From NCBI GenBank assembly GCA_963977015.1, contig CAXBMO010000003.1:128001-192000 (forward strand): a DNA stretch of 64,000 nucleotides, in the 5' to 3' direction. Numbering within the stretch: position 1 is the first letter of the stretch; each line of letters starts with the position of its first letter. Source of the stretch: an uncultured bacterium (GTDB lineage: Bacteria; Verrucomicrobiota; Verrucomicrobiia; Verrucomicrobiales; DEV007). The position numbers were made by a program, and so were the translations under genes. Of this stretch, positions 58,066 through 64,000 are shown in pieces. The notes beneath the pieces are model-generated. The model made no database searches. It saw only the letters and a program-made list of their open reading frames with translations, and was not told where the DNA came from.

Positions 58066-59121
58066 CTAGGATTCCTTGTGGTAGTAAACCTTCACAAATT
58101 GCATGTGCTTGTCGTCATCGAACCCGCGCTCCATGAACTTCTCCGATTGATCAATGAATCCCGAAGAAAAGCGAAGATCGACCCCAACATCCAATTTCAT
58201 CCGGCCTTTGAGGCGTTTCTTGGCCTTGGTGGCCTCCTTTTTGGACACATCAAAACTGCTATCGAGCGTATGGCCGCTCTCCTCCTCGTATTCGTTCTTG
58301 AATGAGGTGAACTGTTCGATCAGTCCCGGGTCTTCAAGTGCTTCATTCTGAAACTTATCGAGATTGAAATTGTCGGTTTCCGTCAGATACGACAAGGCCT
58401 TGTTGGCAACCTCAATCCTTTCTTCCTGCCGAGTTTCTTCAGGCAAGCCTTCTTCGGCAAAGGCCACGCAAAGTTCCGAGTAGCGTCGTGTGAGGTAGTC
58501 TTCATTCTTGACCGGCATCGCACCAACGAAGTCACGATTCCAGAAATTGGTCTCTCCGCCCGCCTTGTCGAAAAGATAGACGTGAAAGCCGTGCTCCCGC
58601 TCGCAGTTGATGATCAGACACCCTTTATCGATTTTGTCAGGATAAATTCCCTGTTGGGTGGTCAGCTTCAAATCGCCCTCGTGAACCGCAACCTGAAGAA
58701 ACGGCACTTTGCTCTCTGACTTGATGATACTAAGCGCCTGAAGACTGTCGCCGCCCACCGTGATGTTGTCGATCAGGGCCACGCAAAGATCCCCCGGTTT
58801 GATATTCGGGTGGTTCGATTTGGCGTACAAATGCTTCGCAATGAGTGCGCCGTTTTCCAGGAGTGTGTCGTTGTTATCAAAAATTGCCGTTGCGTAGGCA
58901 AAGAGCTCGTTTTGGCGCAGATCCCCATGGTGGGTGAGTTGATGTAACTCCAACGAACGAAACGACTTCAAGAAACAATGCGTGAGCAGTTCAGCCTCTG
59001 AATCGTTGAATTTGCACAACGTTTTCGAGGTTTGTAGCGGCTCTTCCCGGAGCGAGTTTCCGACTTTCGCCAGCGTCATCATTCCGAGCGCGGCTTCCTT
59101 AAAATTAACCTTCTGAGACAT
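58066..59121 (-). CDS. Nucleoid-associated protein (NA37/NdpA-like)
   Basis: KVGN, AKHLY..S.HPNIK.GDL, IKSE.K..FL, KIDKGCLI, FW..DF, GFDDDK.M.F.KVYY. Confidence 0.8.
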   Translation of the reverse strand: MSQKVNFKEAALGMMTLAKVGNSLREEPLQTSKTLCKFNDSEAELLTHCFLKSFRSLELHQLTHHGDLRQNELFAYATAIFDNNDTLLENGALIAKHLYAKSNHPNIKPGDLCVALIDNITVGGDSLQALSIIKSESKVPFLQVAVHEGDLKLTTQQGIYPDKIDKGCLIINCEREHGFHVYLFDKAGGETNFWNRDFVGAMPVKNEDYLTRRYSELCVAFAEEGLPEETRQEERIEVANKALSYLTETDNFNLDKFQNEALEDPGLIEQFTSFKNEYEEESGHTLDSSFDVSKKEATKAKKRLKGRMKLDVGVDLRFSSGFIDQSEKFMERGFDDDKHMQFVKVYYHKES

Positions 59122-59286
59122 AGACTGCGGCTGTAATCCAAGCGGTTGGCGCAATCAAGCCTAACAACTCAACAACTTGTCTTTATGCGCGCCATCTTCC
59201 AGCCAGGAATCCGACTTGTGAAGCGGAAATTGCGGGTCTAGCATCAACCGATCTTCCTTTGATATCGTGACGCCGACGCAAGTTCT

Positions 59287-60681
59287 ATGACCGATCAGCA
59301 ATCCACGGGAGCCATCGTAATTGGTGGCGGATTGACGGGCCTCTACGCCGGCCTAACTCTTGCTCGGGCGGGAACCCGGGTGACCATTCTGGAAGCCGAA
59401 GAAGACCTAGGTGGGAGGATTCGGGGGCACCGGGTTGGTCAAAACACGCTCACGCTTGGCACCCAGTTACTGCAATCCTTTGATCGGGTGATTTTTGACG
59501 ATGTGACCAGCCTGCTGACGCAACGGGCGGAGGTTGAGCCCAGCGAGAGCATCTTGTGGGGCGGTCAGCGATTCGCCTATCCCCTATCTCTCGATAATTT
59601 TTTCAAAGGCCTTTCGTTCGCGGAAAAGGTTGGAGGGGCGTTGGGGAAAAGTGGGGCGACGCTCGGTCAAAAGGTATCCAAAAAGCCACCAATTGATGCA
59701 GAACATGCCCTGGCCAGACTCTATGGAAGTGCGCTGACCAGGCGCTGCTTCTCGAATTGGCTCGATGTGTTTTTTGGCAGACCGGGCAAGGAGCTTTCTC
59801 CGGAAATCATTTCTCTTCTCCTCCCGCAACTGCCTCACACTTCCAATTTCGCGGATTCCGTTGAATCTCTGGGATTGAAGGCGTTCGATTCGGATCTTCT
59901 GGACCGTGAAGTGCCTGAACATTCGGTTTACTTTCCGACAAGTTCAGGGGTGCTTGCGACCGCTCTGGCTGCCGCGATTCAGCGCGCGGGAGGCCGGATT
60001 ATTTGCAACGCGGAAGTTGTGGGGCTGGATGTTGAAGACGGTGAAATTCGTTCCGTTCAGTGTCGCGACAAGATGTCGGGATCCGAAGAACCGACGATTC
60101 ATCAACTCCCCTGCGAAGGAGTCATTTCAACCATCTCGGTCCGGAAACTGGTAAAGGCTTTCAACACACATGCACCGGCCCAGATCCATGCGTCATCGCT
60201 TCATCTACAGCATCGAGGGCACGTCTGCTTTGCCCTTGTATTAAGCAGATCGAACTGTTTGGAGGAAATCTCTCTTCAGGTCCGAGATCAGCCATTTTTT
60301 CGGATTTCCGAGCCCAAAAATGCGGGGCAACAGGTCGCTCCGGTTGATCAGACCATTCTTTTGGTCGAGGCGGCTACAGAGCCAAATTCATCGTTCTGGA
60401 ATGGAGATGAGCAGGCGTGGTCTGAGATTCTCGATGCACTCGAACATCTGGGGATTTGCAAACGAGCAGAAGTTGTCTCCCGGCACCACCTTTCGGATCC
60501 GATGGGCATTCCGATTTACCGTTTAGAGTTCGAAGAGCATCGGGATCGGCTCTTCAGCTACTTTGCCCGTTTTCCGAACCTGCAGTGCGCCGGGCCTGGT
60601 GGCACGTTTTCCATGATGCGGCCCGACCAGGCGATGAAGTCGGGGGCTCGCGGGGCAGAGCTTCTCTGTGAGGTTCTTTAG
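59287..60681 (+). CDS. FAD-dependent oxidoreductase (protoporphyrinogen oxidase/amine oxidase-like), divergent
   Basis: IGGGLTGL, ILEAE..LGG Rossmann start; C-terminal PIY and DQAMKSG. Confidence 0.75.
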   Translation: MTDQQSTGAIVIGGGLTGLYAGLTLARAGTRVTILEAEEDLGGRIRGHRVGQNTLTLGTQLLQSFDRVIFDDVTSLLTQRAEVEPSESILWGGQRFAYPLSLDNFFKGLSFAEKVGGALGKSGATLGQKVSKKPPIDAEHALARLYGSALTRRCFSNWLDVFFGRPGKELSPEIISLLLPQLPHTSNFADSVESLGLKAFDSDLLDREVPEHSVYFPTSSGVLATALAAAIQRAGGRIICNAEVVGLDVEDGEIRSVQCRDKMSGSEEPTIHQLPCEGVISTISVRKLVKAFNTHAPAQIHASSLHLQHRGHVCFALVLSRSNCLEEISLQVRDQPFFRISEPKNAGQQVAPVDQTILLVEAATEPNSSFWNGDEQAWSEILDALEHLGICKRAEVVSRHHLSDPMGIPIYRLEFEEHRDRLFSYFARFPNLQCAGPGGTFSMMRPDQAMKSGARGAELLCEVL

Positions 60682-60722
60682 AAGGCTATTGCCATTCGCG
60701 TGCGAGAGGAGCATGATGAGAT

Positions 60723-61709
60723 ATGCGCTCTGTAGTATTGCTACTGTTGTTCCAGATCTCGGTCTGTGTGGGCGAGGAGCTTGCGCGTCAGGAATTTCCC
60801 ACCAATTACGCTCCCGCCCCGGACATCCGGGCGGCACTTGAAGAGGTGCTTTCACCGGAGGGGCGCTTTGTGGTGCTGGGCAATAAGGGCAAAGTCCTGG
60901 TGATTGATCGTGCAGCTCATCTGAAAGCTGCTTCGGAGGCTCTCTCCGCGATGGATTCCCCAAACCCTGAGGTTCAACTTAGTCTGGGAGTCAGGACCGG
61001 TGGCCAGCGCCGTCCCTCGGGCAACACGAATGTTCTGGGGCCAGTCCAATCACGCTCAAGTTTTCCGTTTCCGACTGAATTCGATCCACCACGTATTCTG
61101 GTTGGTCCAAATGGAACCTATGCGGTGATTCCCGCGCATCCCAAGAATTTTCAACGGCGCAACCTTGGGGTGACGATGGAGACTGATGCAACCATCAACC
61201 CGGACGGGAGCATCAACCTTTCCATCAATCGGGAGGATGTAGAGTTCCAGGGCTTCATCAACTACGGCTCGCCCATTCTCTCTTTGGGGAACGCCGCTTC
61301 GATGCCGATTCTCAATCAAACCGGCAATCCGATGTTTTTTGCCCCCTTCATCACGGAGAACAAGATTTTGGTGCCCATTTTTGAAACGACCCGCATCGCA
61401 ACCTCAGTCGTCGTTTATCCTCAGCTTCAGGATGACTTCGTTCGTTTGCATCTTCTCCCGGAGCTAAGCGTAAGTGAGGAGGAGATGGGATGGAAGAATC
61501 GTCGAATCCAGCTTCGAGAATTTCGGACGGTCATTGACCTCCAAAATGGCAAGGTCGCGACACTTTCCGGCTTTACCGGCGCGCCCAAGGATTTTGGAGA
61601 GCATTTTTTCAGCACGGCGAATGAGGCTGATGGGGCTACACAAATCGTCCTGAAGGCACAGGTTCGTCCAGCAAAGAGTCCGGAGAAGAGGGAACAACTC
61701 AAGGATTGA
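60723..61709 (+). CDS. Short secretin-like protein (NolW-like N domain plus secretin fragment)
   Basis: Signal peptide; LSPEGR....NKGKVLVID...L.A....L.AMD.P..V N domain; RNLGVTME...EFQGFINYGSPI...ENKILVPIF. Confidence 0.7.
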   Translation: MRSVVLLLLFQISVCVGEELARQEFPTNYAPAPDIRAALEEVLSPEGRFVVLGNKGKVLVIDRAAHLKAASEALSAMDSPNPEVQLSLGVRTGGQRRPSGNTNVLGPVQSRSSFPFPTEFDPPRILVGPNGTYAVIPAHPKNFQRRNLGVTMETDATINPDGSINLSINREDVEFQGFINYGSPILSLGNAASMPILNQTGNPMFFAPFITENKILVPIFETTRIATSVVVYPQLQDDFVRLHLLPELSVSEEEMGWKNRRIQLREFRTVIDLQNGKVATLSGFTGAPKDFGEHFFSTANEADGATQIVLKAQVRPAKSPEKREQLKD

Positions 61710-63852
61710 TCGGAGCGCCGATCCCGGCCAGCCAAACCAGAAGCTGCACGACCAGGTAGCAGACTCCAATCGAGACAAGGAACCCGATCCAGTCTTTCGG
61801 TCTTGGCTTGGTAAACTCCCAGTCGGTTCCGGGGAATAATCGCTGGCTCTCAAAACGGCCGGGTTGAGAGTAGGATTTCTCCAGGTTTCGCAGATCTACG
61901 TTTGGATCACGGTTCACTTCGGTTTTCATCTTCGCGAAATAGCGGTTCAGGGCCTTTTGGTCGTCACGGGGCGTGCAGAGGCTCGCAATCAACAGGATCA
62001 GAAATGGCAGAACCAGTCGGAGCGGAAGCCGCAAAGTCTCCAATGTCGCCTTTGAGGCGCCGGAGAGGTCGAATCCCAACCCATAGTAGAGCAGGAAATC
62101 CACATTGAGAGCGCCTCTTCCGCTTTTGGCGCTGACATCCTCCTGAATCGTCGTGGTGGTGTTTCCCTCAACGGCTTCCGAAACGGTTTTCAGCTTTGTT
62201 TCACCCACGCGTTGAATTCCTCCCTTCCAGAAAATGGAGGCACCTCCGGTCCTGGTTACAACTTCTATCAACTCTCCCAAGTTGGCGGCGGGTGGTTCCG
62301 GAATTCGAGTAAGGAAGGTGGGTTCACTTTTGGCTTCGGGAGATTCTGACACCCCCAACCATGCCTCATGACGTGCGACATCGGCAGCCGTGGCTGGTCT
62401 TTTTGTTGTTTTGGTTACGAGGTGAGTTGTGGCGGTTAACTCAGGATTGGTCCTCATTCCCGGGACGATCTGGGGGAGTAGCGGAGGTAGCACGAAAAAG
62501 AGGAAAAAGGTTATCGAGATGGTAATCCATACTGCGGTCCGGTTCGCGCGCCGCCAATACATCCCCACCCAGAATGGAGCGGCGAAAAGGATCGGCAGTT
62601 CGACCGCTAATTTGAACTGCCCAAATACATCGGACATCGTTAGTGCGATCACCGCCGCCCCGACAATGATGAGCAGGCCTGTCAATCTGGCGAGGAGAAG
62701 GTACTGCCGTTCGCTCGCGTTCGGGTTGATGTAAGGCGCATAAAAATTGCGAACGACCAAGGCCGAAGTCACGATCATGTAAGTATCGGCGGAGCTCATC
62801 ATCGCGGCCATCAGGCACGCCAGCATCAATCCAACAAGCCCAAGGTTCAGCGGTCCAAGAATCTCCCGGGCGGCAACGCCCCACACCCGATCCGGATCGA
62901 GTGCAATCTCAGCATTTCCGGCCAGGAGCGCCAGGGCAATCAAGGCGGTGATGGCCCAGCCAACCGTGCAAAGACGCTTTAAAAAATTTCCGGTCACCAA
63001 GCCGATCCGGGCTTCATCCTCGCTCTTTGCAGATCCGCCGCCCGTTGCGATGAAATGCGGGTTCACGACGATTCCGATCAACACGAGCAGGGTAAGTGAA
63101 ACAATATACTGAATCGGGAACTCCCCGGCGCTGGGGCCGCCAAACAGGCTGAAGTAGTCGGACGAGACCCGTTGATGCATGATCCCGAAACCGTCCATGA
63201 TCGACTGCGTCGCAGGATCTCCAAACTCTTTGACCAATGCCCATAGGCCGAATGGAATCAGGATAATGGAGAGAATGATGATAAAAATGCCCTGGATCAG
63301 GTCAGTCCAATACGCGGCGGTCAGCCCTCCCAACACTCCGTAGACAATCACAATCAAGGAGATCGTCGGCACGAGGATGAACTTCAATTCCAGCCCCCAA
63401 AGTTGGTCGATCCCCATGAGCGGAACTGCGAATTTGGCGATCGCGCTGAGCATCGTTGAGAGATAGAACATGTAAAAGACGATCGCGAAGAGGGTGAACG
63501 CGAAGCCCAGGCCCTTGGATTGATAGCGCTCCACAAACCAATCCCCGAGCGTGAGGTGGCGCATTCGTCGATACCAAACCGCCGTGATCCAATAGATTGG
63601 AGTCACAAAAAGCCACATGAGGGCCGACCACACACCGCTGAGTCCACTGGTCCATACCGTTCTCCCGACGGTGACGGGTTCATGAGCCCCGGTCCCGGCG
63701 CCAAACGCTGCAAAGGTCTGCAACAGCTTACCAAAGCCGCGTCCGCCCATGAAGTAGTCCTCCTGCTTCTTCACTTTTCGCATCGCCCATAAACCGATTG
63801 CGACCATGGTGATGAAGTAGGTAACGAGAACGAAGTAATCGATGGGGGTCAT
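61699..63852 (-). CDS. Sodium:solute symporter family protein with large extramembrane insertion
   Basis: DYFMGGR, GGLTAAYWTDLIQG, AAMMSSAD, YWRRAN; about 120-150 aa hydrophilic loop before the last TM helices. Confidence 0.9.
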   Translation of the reverse strand: MTPIDYFVLVTYFITMVAIGLWAMRKVKKQEDYFMGGRGFGKLLQTFAAFGAGTGAHEPVTVGRTVWTSGLSGVWSALMWLFVTPIYWITAVWYRRMRHLTLGDWFVERYQSKGLGFAFTLFAIVFYMFYLSTMLSAIAKFAVPLMGIDQLWGLELKFILVPTISLIVIVYGVLGGLTAAYWTDLIQGIFIIILSIILIPFGLWALVKEFGDPATQSIMDGFGIMHQRVSSDYFSLFGGPSAGEFPIQYIVSLTLLVLIGIVVNPHFIATGGGSAKSEDEARIGLVTGNFLKRLCTVGWAITALIALALLAGNAEIALDPDRVWGVAAREILGPLNLGLVGLMLACLMAAMMSSADTYMIVTSALVVRNFYAPYINPNASERQYLLLARLTGLLIIVGAAVIALTMSDVFGQFKLAVELPILFAAPFWVGMYWRRANRTAVWITISITFFLFFVLPPLLPQIVPGMRTNPELTATTHLVTKTTKRPATAADVARHEAWLGVSESPEAKSEPTFLTRIPEPPAANLGELIEVVTRTGGASIFWKGGIQRVGETKLKTVSEAVEGNTTTTIQEDVSAKSGRGALNVDFLLYYGLGFDLSGASKATLETLRLPLRLVLPFLILLIASLCTPRDDQKALNRYFAKMKTEVNRDPNVDLRNLEKSYSQPGRFESQRLFPGTDWEFTKPRPKDWIGFLVSIGVCYLVVQLLVWLAGIGAPINP

Positions 63853-63928
63853 GGGCGGGGTTCAGGAACTGGAACGACCCTAGAAGTTTTCGAATCCGGC
63901 AACAAGGATGTTTTCTGCCCGGCAGAAT

Positions 63929-63971
63929 TCGCAAAATTGATAAAGAGTTCTTCAAGCTCTCGCAAAATTGA
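63929..63971. repeat. 12-bp direct repeat TCGCAAAATTGA x2 in a promoter region
   Basis: Copies at 63929-63940 and 63960-63971; the second overlaps TTGACA at 63968. Confidence 0.7.
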
Positions 63972-64000
63972 CATTATCTGCTTCCAAAGTAATTTATGAC

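Overview
A gene-dense, moderately GC-rich bacterial chromosomal segment. The gene inventory (DUF1549/DUF1553 and DUF1501 proteins, PQQ-like propellers, a sulfatase, a GFINYGSPI-type secretin fragment) points to the PVC superphylum, probably Verrucomicrobia (inference). Housekeeping content includes malQ, mdh, guaB-guaA, kbl, tRNA-Val(CAC), skp-namZ, an LptF/G permease, a TPP riboswitch with thiC, a two-component system, TolC and an NdpA-like protein. No rRNA, CRISPR array, integrase or transposase was seen. Four loci stand out. (1) A seven-gene minus-strand operon (53023->43255) encodes two secreted PQQ-like beta-propellers, DUF3311 plus a sodium:solute symporter, an EhpF/GriC-like adenylating enzyme, a LuxC/GriD-like acyl reductase lacking the ALDH catalytic Glu, and an Fe-alcohol dehydrogenase. 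It looks like an import-coupled carboxylate->aldehyde->alcohol pathway with no biosynthetic cluster nearby. (2) A translationally coupled wHTH-like protein and AAA+/HerA fusion ATPase (6922-10376) whose HerA half appears catalytically dead; this is a candidate defence or DNA-sensing system. (3) An arfABC-like operon (15983-19778): BON-like/OmpA protein, ArfB-like peptide, and a membrane-anchored protein with five HhH repeats. (4) Three tandem secreted paralogs sharing a C-terminal SH3-like domain, followed by an FHA/coiled-coil gene (37639-43156). Several candidate cis-elements were also read directly from intergenic DNA. All family assignments come from motif recognition by eye, not from database searches.
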